Assembly: GCF_963506605.1 (NCBI RefSeq)
Contig: NC_083280.1
Location: 24,118,001-24,182,000, forward strand
DNA from: Zootoca vivipara
Taxonomy: Eukaryota
Direction: 5' to 3'
DNA length: 64,000 nucleotides
Both the position numbers and the translations under genes were made by a program. This document shows positions 24,251-36,591 of the stretch, piece by piece (positions within the stretch are counted from its first letter, which is position 1; every line of letters starts with the position of its first letter). The notes under the pieces are model-generated. The model ran no database searches, was not told the origin of the DNA, and saw only the letters and a program-made list of their open reading frames with translations.

Positions 24251-24710
24251 GATGCTTGGATTAAATTAACTGCATAGAAATTGGTACTCAAACTAGACCC
24301 AACACATTTTCCCTTCTAGCTCGTTTACCTAGGCCACATGTGGAACCAGATAACCAGGCAAAAAGGAACATATATCTTACAAAGAGATGGTAGACTGGAT
24401 AACACCACAAACAAAATTCTGTCTTAGGGTAAAATTATTTGCGCACTTGTTCCCAAAAGGCAATTATTAAAAAGAACACTATGGGGAAATGTATGCATCA
24501 CTGTTTTCTTAGCTCACTGTTGATCTCTGCGTCACCAAATTATGGTTAACTGCCCAGTAGTGGAATAGATAGAATAGGAAGCCCAAACCTTAGTTCAGAA
24601 AACTTGGTTGCGCATTTGGACTTTTTTCTGCATTACCTTTTTTACTGATGATCAGTGCATAATAAGCTTTCCACCTGCTTTGTGGTGGGTTTTCTCTCTT
24701 CCGCCTTGGA

Positions 24711-25757
24711 TCAAGAAACGGTGAGTACTCCTCTGAAACTGTTGAAGGGAAGAGATTTAGGCGGTTGATCCCCAGATGAATTTCGTCTTGTGGCTCCTCC
24801 GCAGGGTAAGTCACTTTGGTTTATGATGTTGAAATGGGTCGCTGCCAACCTGTTGGACCTGTGGGGTTTTATTTGTCCCTTTCCCTTACACTTCATCATT
24901 TTGACCAACTGGGTTCTTATATCCTTGCTGTATAGTGAATAGATAAAAGGATTTATCAGAGAATTGGCTTCTCCTAAAATGAATAACAAATCCTTCAGCT
25001 GTGAGCTCAGGCTGCAGGAGGTACAAGTAGCTTTCACAATGGCAGTTACATAATAAGGGCTCCAGAAGAGGACAAAACAGATAATCATAATGAGGACTGT
25101 CCTCAGAGCTTTGAAATGGCGGAGAGGAGCAGTAGGGGTATCTGGGTGCAGGCAGACACGCTGGATCTGCTTCTGATGAAGATAAGCAATCCTTCCCACC
25201 GAGATATGTAAACAGACCAAGGTCAGCAAGGCAGGGATATAGATGCCAAAGCAGATTATGTACAGGTAGTCACTCTTGGCTGCTGCCAGGACCCCACAGG
25301 TACCTGAGAGTTCACTCAGGCGAAGTTGTGAGAAAATAAGTGGCATGTGTCCCACCAAGAAGGAAACCGTCCACAGGACAACAAGAGAGAAGACTATAGG
25401 TTTCTTGCTCATAAGTGTAGGGTAATGAAGAGGCAACTTCACTGCCAAGTACCTGTCCAGAGAAACCAAAAGCAAGGTGAGAATGGACCCAATGCAAGGA
25501 GTGATGCTCATGCAGATCCGCAAGAGACAAAGAAACAGATTTTGGTCAAAAAGTGCATCTGTTGCATCATCCAAAGCTTCCCCAATGCACATCACACCAA
25601 CCAGCAGATCAGCAGCTGCCAAGTTAAGGATGAAGACATAGTTTCTGCTTGGTTTCTTCTTTCTCAGCTGGCAGATGACTATGATCACCAAGAGGTTGGA
25701 TGATGGGATGAAGACGCTTAAGAAGGCATGCAGCACTGTACACAATGTATCCGGCAT
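24711..25757 (-). CDS. Intronless class A GPCR, GPR119-like (glucose-dependent insulinotropic receptor-like), 348 aa
   Basis: Seven hydrophobic segments; NLAAAD, DRY, FWSP, NSLINPFIY; GPR119-like LCLLR, HQKQI, FKALRTV, CTSCSL, KDIRTQL; ATG in AAGAAGATGC context; no stops or frameshifts. Confidence 0.9.
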   Translation of the reverse strand: MPDTLCTVLHAFLSVFIPSSNLLVIIVICQLRKKKPSRNYVFILNLAAADLLVGVMCIGEALDDATDALFDQNLFLCLLRICMSITPCIGSILTLLLVSLDRYLAVKLPLHYPTLMSKKPIVFSLVVLWTVSFLVGHMPLIFSQLRLSELSGTCGVLAAAKSDYLYIICFGIYIPALLTLVCLHISVGRIAYLHQKQIQRVCLHPDTPTAPLRHFKALRTVLIMIICFVLFWSPYYVTAIVKATCTSCSLSSQLKDLLFILGEANSLINPFIYSLYSKDIRTQLVKMMKCKGKGQIKPHRSNRLAATHFNIINQSDLPCGGATRRNSSGDQPPKSLPFNSFRGVLTVS

Positions 25758-28700
25758 CTTCTTTGAGAAGCAGCAGTGGAAACTACAGGGTTTAACATAT
25801 GCCTTGCCTATGCACCTTACAATCAATCCACAAGAGGCGACATCAGGCTGGGAGGAAACATACTACTTTTGAGAAACTGGTACAAGTAACAGCAGCAAGA
25901 AGTGATGATCCCGTGTCTAGAATCCATTGGCTCTGCTCTGCTGGTCAGGGGGTTCTTTTCAAACCGCTGGGAAATGTTTGCCATAGAGAGAGATTGCCAG
26001 CATCACTGTAGCTTCCGAGTTCTTTTCCCCTTTGTGAATATAGGTTTTTCTTTTTCATCTGGCAGAGATGTGTCTGAAGATGCATGAAGGCTTCAGGCAC
26101 AATGAACTCATTGGCTTGAGGAGGGGGAAAACACCTGGGTTGGGCAGTGATCAGTTCCTGAACCGGTCTTTGACGCAGAAAGATAAGGAAGGCGTTTGAC
26201 AAACAGAGTGGAGAAACATTGTGAGCTCCTCCCCACCATTAGGCAGCTAAAAGGAGCTCATGCAGTTTAAAAACCATGTCCTGTTTGCATGCAGGAAAAT
26301 ATTCCTGTGTGTTTATGCTATTAATGCCAATGGAGTCAAATCATTTGATCTCGGGTAGAAAACATACTTCAGTTACTACGGCCAGAAAAAGGTCATTGTT
26401 TCCAGTTTAGTGGATACTGGATGTAAATACAAGGCTAGGATGTGAATTGGTAAAAGCTCACCAGAATCCAAGCTATCCAATACTGGTTGGCTTTATTAAG
26501 CCAAACGTAAAATGGGGGCTTAGTACTTCCTACATTTTATTTAGGAATGCAATCCTGGTATCCAGTATTTCCTTATTTGGATTAAGTCCCATTGAACTCA
26601 ATCTCTAACAAGACAAGAATAGGATCACACTGTTAACTTGACAAAACACTCTTTAAAAATCAATTGTTCCGCATCCTCCAGCTTTCTTTCAAAGCAGGGT
26701 AGGCTTGGAGGTAAATCACATGCACTGCCTGCAAAATGTTCCAGGTATGGCTAGGAGAGCCCTCTTCTTGAAAACTGTTGCCAGTCAGTGTAGAAAAAAT
26801 GCTGAACTACGGTAGCTGTATTAATATTCTGACTCGGTGTAAGGGAGCTTCCTAACACTTGATGTTTTTGGTTGCCAAGAAATCTTGCATTTTTCTTTTA
26901 AGTTCAAGGTTATGTGTTCGAGAGTTGTGATTTAGGACAGGGGTAAAACACTGTGTTGTCTTAGAGGCATTTTGGTCTGTAACTCCTGTCAGCCCCAGAT
27001 AGCATGGTCAAGGTTGATTGACAGTTCAACAGCATCTGTTCTACACAGAACACTTGCAGTTTCCATCCTCCTGAAATCAATGTTTTGCAATGACATTGCA
27101 ATATAAAAGTGACTAGTAGAGTACGAAGAGTAAGAGGGGTGGTACAAGAAGGGTCAGAACAAATTAGTAAATCTCCACCACCATTCCCTAAAGCCAAACC
27201 CAGCTTCCTGGCAGTTATAGAAACTAAGTCTGTTGCTTATATTTCTGAGAGTAACCAGAGCAGGGCCCCAAATAGAGAAGGACAAGAAAAGATAAATTAC
27301 ATAAAATTGGGTGCTGGAAAGAATAAGCAGCCCATAAATAGTTGCAACAAATAGAACTGCGCTCTGTTAAGGTTTGAGAGAAAAGAGAATTTTATAGTGT
27401 ACAGACAAAGGTATACCCAACTGTGCTATATTTAGACAACTGCAAGGAACTGGTTCAACTCAGGACTCACTCTAATATGTTGTAAATTTATCCTCTGTCC
27501 AAACAGTATTTTCATTAAGTTCACATTTACTGCAGTTTCCAGTTTTATTGTCAACCATTCCAAGATAGGTATCACTAGCGACTACTTGTTAATGGCCACC
27601 AGAAGAGTTTCAGTAATAGCTCTGCAAACACTGCTTTGGAGAGATTGTACCTTGTGGCTGTTCCTAGGCAATTCACACAGAACATCTGCCAAGCTTTTAG
27701 GGCCTGCAAGCTTCTAATCCTAGGTCTTTAAAACAGTGGCTAGTTGCAGCTATGAGAAATAGGGACCCAACAGGGTAAAGCTCATAGGACCATCCTGCAG
27801 AATTGATGTTGTATTGCCTATTGATAGTGTCCTCCAAGAAGTTTCAACTGGAAAAAAGTAAGAGGTGGGGGGTGGGGAGAGAGACAGAAATAATCTTTTC
27901 AAAGGCATTACCCGAAGTATTTTGCAGCACCTTGAAAACAGGAAAGGCAAGGCAACAGAATTTAAGGTTCTATGAAGTAGGAAACAATCCATTTTATAAT
28001 TTGAGCACCAAAGTATTATTTAATCATTTTGATTGGAAGCCCACAAGAATATTGAGTAAAAACAAGTATATGGCTTTGGGTGCTCAATAAAATTGTGCGT
28101 GAATTCACAATTTTGTGTGTGAATTCAGTGGGACTTTACTTTTTTTCAGTGTTTGTAGGGCCAAACCCTATGGTGTTCTCAGTCAAAAGATTTGTGAGAG
28201 TTGAGTGCTTTTGGTTTACTGAAGACCAGTTATGAAGGATTAAACAAGTGACGTTTCCCATATTGCAAGGGTAGGAACTCTTCAGCCTTCCATATTTATT
28301 TTTAGTTCAACTTTATCAGCACCAGCTAGCAAAGCTAATGGTCAGGGACATGTAGTCTAGCAATAACCAGAGGGCCATAGGGTACCACACAACCACACAT
28401 ACACGTAGACAGACAGCATGCAAAACATTATTTCTTCTTTAAACTCTCATTCTGTTGTTTTAAAAATACTGTGAGTCAGGGGTGGCTAACCTGTAGCCTT
28501 TCAAGTATTGAACTTCAATTCCAATTAGTCCCAGCCAGCTTGGCCAGTGGTCAGAGATGATGGACAATATCTGGAAGGTCACTGGTTAGCCACCCATGCT
28601 GCAGATCAGAAGTACAGAACCTGATCTGGCCAGCAGGATATTCTTTTAACTCCTACCCCTTGTGGGCTGAATTTGGTGGGGAAAGTTACCCACCAGAAAA

Positions 28701-29519
28701 CTGCCTTATGTCAGTGATGTCACCATGCTTGCAAAAAACAACACTCTGTGTGGTGTTTTGAACCAATGCTGATCAGCAGGCTTGAAGTCATGCCCTATGA
28801 GTTGAAGGGCAGTGACTTCAACTATACCTTTTGCAGGGATTGGCTGCAAAAGTGCATTCTCCAAGGGCAACCAGATATTTATGGAGACATGACTCTCTTT
28901 GCCCCATGCCTGACATCACATGACATCAGGAGTGGGACAGGTGGGCATTGTTTCGGGTAAACAGTCTTGCAGGTCCAACTTGGTCCTCCGGCACAGGTCC
29001 CCCACCCCCACCCCCGCTGTAAAGAACTGAAATTAAAAGTAACTCTGTTATTAAAATAACCGAATGCTACAAGTAAAGGGGCTTTGGAATGATCTAGTAT
29101 AAATTACGGGAACAAGCATAAATTATGCTGGCACTAGAATGTGAAGAATGGAGGCAAATCACAAGATTTGTATCCATAACAAACGAAGGTTTCCCTTTTG
29201 TTTACTTGATGAATACAAACACTGCTTCCAAGACATCATACCAAACCTGCTAAGAAGGGTAGGAACAAGCAACTAATAACCTTGTAGCAGGTTAATGCTT
29301 GGGAGGGAAAGGCTTGACGTGAATGTGGACAGGAGGCAGCCTGGGAGGAACCTAGCTGCATGTAGCAAAATAAAATTATGAAAGAGAGCTTAAAGGACCA
29401 CAACCACCAGTCAGTCTCTGCCTCAAATGCAACTCCTCCCTGGTTTTAGGATTCTTCTCTTGAACACCCCCTACTCAGTGCCAGATTTACGTATAAGCTA
29501 AACAAGCTATAGCTTAGGA

Positions 29520-30319
29520 CATGGGTAGGCAAACTAAGGCCGGGGGGCTGGATTCGGCCCAATCACCTTCTCAATCCAGCCCGCAGACGGTCCAGGAATC
29601 AGAGTGTTTTTACATGAGTAGAATGTGTGCTTTTATTTAAAATGTGGGGCTCTATGTGGGGCTACCTTTGAAGGTGACCCGGAAACTACAATTAATCCAG
29701 AATGCGGCAGCTAGACTGGTGACTGGGAGTGGCCGCCGAGACCACATAACACCGGTCCTGAAAGACCTACATTGGCTCCCAGTACGTTTCCGAGCACAAT
29801 TCAAAGTGTTGGTGCTGACCTTTAAAGCCCTAAACGGCCTCGGTCCAGTATACCTGAAGGAGCGTCTCCACCCCCATTGTTCTACCCGGATACTGAGGTC
29901 CAGCGCTGAGGGCCTTCTGGCAGTTCCCTCGCTACGAGAAGCCAAGCTGCAGGGAACCAGGCAGAGGGCCTTCTCGGTAGTGGCACCCACCCTGTGGAAT
30001 GCCCTCCCGCCAAAGGTCAAAGAGAACAACAATTACCAGACCTTTAGAAGGCATCTTAAGGCAGCCCTGTTTAGGGAAGCTTTTAATGTTTGATGGATTT
30101 CTGTATTTTAATGTTTTGTTGGAAGCCGCCCAGAGTGGCTGGGGGAACCCGGCCAGATGGGTGGGGTATTATTATTATTATTAGTAATATGCATCTCTGG
30201 GTTATTTTGGGGGCATAGGAATTCGTTCATTTCCCCCCTCAAAAAAATATAGTTCAGCCCCCTGCAAGGTCTGAGGAACAGTGGGCCAGCCCCCTGCTGA
30301 AAAAGTTTGCTGACCCCTG
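29520..30319. mobile_element. hAT (Charlie-like) MITE (middle layer)
   Basis: TIRs CATGGGTAGGCAAACT / AGTTTGCTGACCCCTG; TSD gcttagga; uninterrupted relative at 38756-39071. Confidence 0.8.
29645..30186 (+). mobile_element. L2 LINE 3' fragment (inner layer)
   Basis: ORF LQLIQNAAARLVTG...HITPVLKDLHWLPVRFRAQFKVLVLTFKALNGLGP is the L2 ORF2 C-terminus; 3' UTR and (TAT)n tail. Confidence 0.88.
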
Positions 30320-33300
30320 GCTTAGGACTCTCTTGGGGGCCTAAAAAAAATTAAAGGGGAAAAAAACCCTGGATGTACATTTCCAAAATATAAGTTCAAC
30401 AATTACTTTGATAAAATACATATTTTGTTATGTGCAAATGGCTTTAGATACCCATTAGGTCCATAAATTACCATATAGCATACATCCAACACAAAAAACA
30501 GCGACAATTTGCTGTGGACAAAGGACAGCTGGACATATAAAGGGCCCCATTACCTTCAGTAGCTTAGGGCCTCATCAAACCTAAATCCGGCCCTGCCCCT
30601 ACTTGAGTGTTAAATTCAAAGTTGATTAAAATTCTGGTTCATTCTCAGAGTAACTACCTCAGTGACTAGTACAGCAGTAAGTCCTCATCTCTGTTCTTCC
30701 CCAGATTTCCAAGTGGGGCAACAGTGGGCTCACTGCATGGCCAGAAGCTAGAAGATACATACCAACTTCCTAAGTGGCAAGAGATGCTGCACATTGTGCT
30801 TTTTACATGGCTGCTAGTGTCACAGCCCTGTTGCAATGCCATGAAGCTAGTTTTAAAACCATGCACTCTCAAAGCAGGAAGGTTCAAAAATAGTGTTGAT
30901 GTTCTGGATGGCTACAGTTTATGGAAATTAACAACCTAGCAACACACCTGAGCAACCACAAACACAGGTGCACTCTGCTTGCTTGATACTAAAACCGTTT
31001 GTTCACATGGAGGTACATTATTCATGGGAAAAGAAAATCCTTCCTTCACAAGATACATTCAGGGTGAGGGGAGGGGATTATACTGAATGCTGAGAGTTGG
31101 GGTGCATTTCACTGGTTATTCAAAAGGCTCAGGAGCTGATCAACAGATTTGTCAGTAATATGTGACGGTCTGTAATTTACAACTCCAGCTGCGTTAAAGC
31201 CAACATGCACATGTAACTCATATCCATCAAGTATCTGTTGCACTCAGATACAGACTGAAAACTTCAAAGACAAATCATATCACAATATACTCAAATTAGA
31301 AACAAAACAGGTGAATGAGCATTAAAAGCTTGTATTAATGTTAGCTATATATGGATGAAAACTGCAGGCCTTTTACAGTTACTGCCTACTGACTAAATAG
31401 CTATTCCTTCCCTAACTCACTAGACCAACAGTGATAAATAAATAAATATATTATTATTATTTGTGCCCTGCCCATCTGGCTGAGTTTCCCCAGCCACTCT
31501 GAGCAGCTTCCATTAAAATACATTAAAATCTCAGACATTAAAAACTTCCCTAAACATAACCCTAAACTTCCCTAAAAATATGCAGCTTTTCCAACAACAT
31601 AGTGGCATAAAACCACTTAGATGAAAATGCAATAAATTACAGAATAAATTTACTGCAGTTCCTGTTGACAAGTACAATGCCAGTACAGGTGACGAATCAC
31701 TTATTTGACTACTACTGCAAAAGTTTCCTGCACGTGGAGACTTCTTACTCATTCTGATTGTTGCCCAAGTTCCATCTTTCAGTTAGTGTGTCACAATAAT
31801 GACAGTTTATTTGCATATGCTTGCCAAATGCTGAGGAAAAGATGCTGTACATCAAATGTTTTCTCGTGAGCACCAACAATTTATGAACTTCAGACTTTCA
31901 TATAGTGCTAGCAATCTACTTGCAGAAAACATATTAGGTATTTGTTTCTTTTTAAAATGAAACATATGACTTTTCTACAATTTGACTACAACGGACACAA
32001 TAAACCATTTTTTAAAAAATACATTAGAAAAACTGAGGTCCCCTTTGCATTTACCTGGGGTTCCTAGTCTGGCTATGGAAGGGGACAAGCCACTGTTCAT
32101 TTGTGTATACATGCATGTATGCCTGTATGTAATTCAAGGCTTCAAAATGTTACCTTGTTTCAGTTAAATTCTTCACAAATATGTCATTATTAAACATGTG
32201 ATATAGAAACACAGTGTGTGTTCCAAATTACATTCTATTTTTGTTTTGCTCATTCTAATATTTTTACCCAGAATTCAAGTCTAAACAAAAGGATGAGTTA
32301 TGTTTCCGCCACCTCCAGATGCTTCCAAGTAAGTTACTGTGTTAGAACTGAGAGTGCAGTTCTGGTCACAGAACACACTCACAAATGGAGGCAAAAGGTA
32401 GGTGGTCCCGTGTCCCCCCCCCCCAATTCTCCTTGCAGTTACAGAAAAACGGCATGGGTTGCTGTATAAGGAATTTGCAAAATACGCTTGAGCTTGTGGA
32501 ATCCTCTGGTGGTTTACAATCCCTTCTGTAAATAGAACAGCTGCACTGGATCCAACCAAACAGCCTTTTCTTAAATATAAATAGTTGTGGTTTATCATAG
32601 ACTTCCAACTCATTCTTCCAGCTCAGTAATTAGAATGTTTAATTTCCCTTCTATCTAGTAAGCCAGAGGAGAGGGAACGGCTGTTACAAGGTAAGTATTC
32701 TATCACAGGCAATGTATTTGGTATTTTCCAAACCTAAGTCTGTAACTGTAACTTGATGTGTTGTGAACTGCAGAAGTTGAGTTTCAAACAAGAAAGCCAC
32801 CATAAACATTAAACATTGTCTTGTGTTTTTCTTCTTCTTCACGCACAGTCGCCAGACAGATAAATTCATAAAATGATTCGAGGTCTTTCACACAGTAGAT
32901 GAAATTTCTTTATTTAAATTAGTTTGCTTAGCTCATATTTAGGACAGAATAAAGGCCAAGCTATTTGATCATTTAGAGTGGCCCAGAAACAAGACTTCAA
33001 AATTGCTGAGGGAATTCGAACAGCACTTGGTCTTCTTTGAAGTCATGACACTTAGGTACTTATTCTGCATATAGTTTTGTTTCTATAATTTATTATACAA
33101 TGCACCATTCACTCAGCAATATACTCTGAAAATATACAAAACTTACATAACCAAATCCGCAATGTTTGACAGCCATCAATTTTTATCCTGACCAGTTTAA
33201 AGGATAACCAGTACTCCTAAGAGATCAATTTTAACTACAAATAAAACATAAATTTCACACACAGTAGATCAGACAATTTTTCCAATGAAAAAAATAAGGT

Positions 33301-33682
33301 TATTGAAGTATATTGTCATCTTCTTAGAAATGAAAATAAGTGTTGGGTCTAGGCTATGGGTTGTATCCAACATTGGTCATACTCGGAGCAGACCCAGTAA
33401 ATAATGAACTGTTCTGTGGGTCTAGTTCAAGTATAACTTAGCTGGACTAGCCCTAAGTTAGATGCACTTAAACTACATTGATTTCAATTGGAACTAAGTG
33501 CAATTAACTATGGATTCAACCCAAAACATTGTTATCGGTTAATGTCTGCATTGTCTAGCTCTAGAGTGGTGAATTAACTTAAAAAAACACACCCTGCGAT
33601 ATAGTATTATTGCACTCCTTGAATGTGCAGTACTTTGAAACATACCAGCACTGAAAGGGGTCTTGCATTAAGATATTCAGGA

Positions 33683-33768
33683 GCAACATGAAAACGAGGA
33701 GAGCATCCAGTCTGTACCAACAAGTATTCTGTCTTCAGTACAGGCCGTCATTTATTTCGTTCATGTTG
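33683..33768 (-). promoter_or_regulatory. SELENOT: SECIS element (type II) of SELENOT in non-coding exon 6 (acceptor at 33792)
   Basis: Minus strand: CAACATGAACGA..ATGAC-GGCCTGTACTG-AA-GACAGAATACTTGT-TGGTACAGACT-GGAT..TCGTTTTCATGTTG, i.e. AUGA/GA core, 11-bp helix II, apical AA with mini-stem, and helix I. Confidence 0.9.
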
Positions 33769-34424
33769 TCTTTTGAAAGTGTCGCTTAATGTCTGAAAAA
33801 CATAGCAAAAACATAGCAGGTTGTACTACAAAAATAGATCAAATAAAATACCCAAAGCCATTCTATATCCAATGTTGCCATGGAAAACCTACTATATTCA
33901 GTTAGAACAACACACTAGAAGCTCAGCAAACAGAAATAATGAACTGATATTTAATATACATGCCACCAGGTTTCTACTACATGAGACAACAGGTGTAGAA
34001 GATATCTAGCAAAGGAAAGAGCTAACACTGACAGTCGCCAAGTTCCAGAAGTTCCCTCTGGAACTGAACATGTTAAGCCTATGTTGAACATGTGTATGAA
34101 ACATTAATTGCATGAGAGTTAGTTGCAGTATTTTTTTTACTAGCCTGCAAAGAGGCCAATAGTTTCTTTTTCCAAAGGAAGAGAAGCTCCTTCCTCCACA
34201 GACAACACAGAAAAACAACAGTCTGGAAAGTAGGGGTGGAATTATCTATCCCTGATTCACCAGTCCACTTACTTGCCTGCATAAAATCCCTTGTCAGCCA
34301 AAAGCTATCAGGTGAGTTATTAAATGCAAGGATTATATATTACCATTTTATCTTGCAAATCAAATAACTATCTGAGTAATCTTCAAAAAAACTTACAAGA
34401 AGTTTTCAGTACTGATGGATGGGG

Positions 34425-34549
34425 CTATGATCTATGGTGGGGCATTTGTTCCAGGTGCACGTTGAGTTTCATTTCATTATCAAGGATTTGAACAAGCTGC
34501 TGCATGGAAGGAAGGTGCCCAGACTGTAGCTTAGACCACACTGGAACAT
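34425..34549 (-). CDS. SELENOT: SELENOT exon 5 coding part (TAG 34425-34427; exon runs to 34397)
   Basis: DVPVWSKLQSGHLPSMQQLVQILDNEMKLNVHLEQMPHHRS*; GTAAGT donor 28 nt after the stop. Confidence 0.95.
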
Positions 34550-34944
34550 CTAAATAAGAAGTGTAGGAGGTAAAGAACATGATTAGCATATTAAACTACT
34601 TTTTGTACAGTGTAGGAACTGCCAGTTACTGCTCTTATTTTATGCTTGCCAGGATATCCAGAGAAAAACAACTGATACAAGCTTTTGAATATACGTTCAC
34701 TCCCACTCCTGTCTCCATCCCACAAATACCAGTTTCTCGCCAATGTACATGCAATGAAGTATTACCAAGCTCCTGAAGAAACTAGATTTAAAAAATACTT
34801 CTGTTTACAAGATTTGCATGAATAATTTGTGTGCAAAGTTCTTTCTTGACAGATTACTCTGTCAATGTTCAATCAACTTACACTGGAGAGGTCTTTTAAA
34901 TGGGACATTACTTAAGAATTGTTAATAGTATAGCCTTAGTTAGA

Positions 34945-35310
34945 GGGACGTGGGTGGCGCTGTGGTCTAAACCACTGAGCCTAGGGCTTGCCAATTGGAA
35001 GGTCGGTGGTTCGAATCCCCGCGACGGGGTGAGTTCCCATTGCTGGGTCCCAGCTCCTGCCAACCTAGCAGTCCAAAAGCACCTCAAAGTGCAAGTAGAT
35101 AAATAGGTACTGCTCTGGCGGGAAGGTAAACAGCGTTTCCGTGTGCTGCTCTGGTCCGCCAGAAGCGGCTTACGTCATGCTGACCACATAACCCAGAAGC
35201 TGTCTGCGGACAAACGCCGGCTCCCTCGGCCTATATAGCGAGATGAATGCGCAACCCCAGAGGTGTCCGTGACTGGACCCAACGGTCAGGGGTACTTTTA
35301 CCTTTACCTT
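34945..35310 (+). mobile_element. Sauria SINE, full length, in SELENOT intron 4
   Basis: gggacgtgggtggcgctgtgg...acctttacctt; TSD tatagccttagtta/tatagctttagtta. Confidence 0.88.
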
Positions 35311-35505
35311 TATAGCTTTAGTTATTTGTGAAAGTTTAGGGATCACTCACACTAGTCACAATTTTGACATAGGGTCATGTCAAACCTTTTATTTCGGTCT
35401 TTTGAACCAAATGCAGCTGGTAGCTTCATAAATACTTAATGGGTACAATTCACACAAAATCCCTCTTAAGCTAACGAGAATACACAAAAGCTGTTCAGAA
35501 CTCAC

Positions 35506-35593
35506 CATTTAAAGTTATTTCAAATGCACCTGTTGACATACAAATGTTCTCAGTCATGCTGCTCAGGAAGAAAACCATCATACAAGCATAGAC
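35506..35593 (-). CDS. SELENOT: SELENOT exon 4
   Basis: VYACMMVFFLSSMTENICMSTGAFEITLN; 88 nt; AG/GT. Confidence 0.95.
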
Positions 35594-36161
35594 CTAAAAA
35601 TTAAACACATTAATCTAAATGTCAGGCTTTAAATGATGCAACATATTTATCAGTTAAGCTCTATATTCAGCTGATACTAATATCAGCAAGTAAGCAAATA
35701 CACATATGCTCTACATGAGTTGTCTTACTACTATTATGTTTCAAACCCTAGAGGCATCGTTCCCTTTACTCCAGAATGTTAAATGTGCTTTTGGGACTAT
35801 ACCCAAAGGATAAAATGATGCAATCTTCAGCAACAGGGCATAAAAAGACCTCATAGTAAAATATTATGTTTCAGCTCATAATAAGACTGCAGCTTCTTGT
35901 ACATGGCTTATCCAAGATCATGTGGTTATATATAGTCATAAGTTTAGTTATTTTTCAGAATTTCTAATACTAAAGATACTACTTAGACCAGAATCCTTGC
36001 CTCATCTGAAAAGTAGTGCTGCTGTTTTCTGCTCTTCTATGCCTTCTGCACCAGCCACCAAAGAAAAAACCATATCTAATGGTGACATACTCTTATCTGC
36101 AGCTCAAAAAGCTGATTATAACCAGTAGAAAGTTATTTTTTCCAGCCATTTTTAAGACATA

Positions 36162-36323
36162 CAGTCGTACCTTGGAAGTCAGATGGAATCCATTCCAGCA
36201 GTCCATTCAACTTCCAAAATGTTTCAAAACTGAATTGAGGCTTCTGATTGGCTGCAGGAACGTCAGACGTTCAGGAGCCAAAACATGCGAGTTCCAGGGC
36301 GTTCAACAACCAAGGTATGACTG
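36162..36323. mobile_element. Tigger-type MITE
   Basis: TA|cagtcgtaccttgg ... ccaaggtatgactg|TA; internal similarity to the element at 15083. Confidence 0.75.
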
Positions 36324-36464
36324 TATTGGTTTTATTATTATGCACACGTGAATTGGGGGGGGGGGTCCTGTAACAATTTCCCCTTCAAGCTATTATCAAA
36401 TTGCAAACCTATCTCCACTCCATTAAAAAAGTAATGTTGTAAGAGGAAAAAGTAGTCTCTTTAC

Positions 36465-36591
36465 CTTATTTTCTTGGCCCCACTGCCAGACGCTTGGAGC
36501 TTGCATGCCAAAGAAAGCAAAAGGATCCTTGCCAACAATAATGAAGCCTATTAACACTAGTTTGAAGACTGACAGGAAAGATGCTATATGC
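36465..36591 (-). CDS. SELENOT: SELENOT exon 3
   Basis: HIASFLSVFKLVLIGFIIVGKDPFAFFGMQAPSVWQWGQENK; 127 nt. Confidence 0.96.

Larger units (their letters stand above)
29476..30595. mobile_element. hAT non-autonomous element (outer layer of a 3-level nest)
   Basis: TIRs CAGTGCCAGATTTA / TAAATCCGGCCCTG; perfect TSD cccctact. Confidence 0.8.

Noticed and set aside
25758-25826. 23-aa N-terminal extension of the GPCR in the ORF track
   Set aside because: It starts at TTG. The first ATG (25757) has A at -3 and gives the very short N-terminus typical of GPR119.
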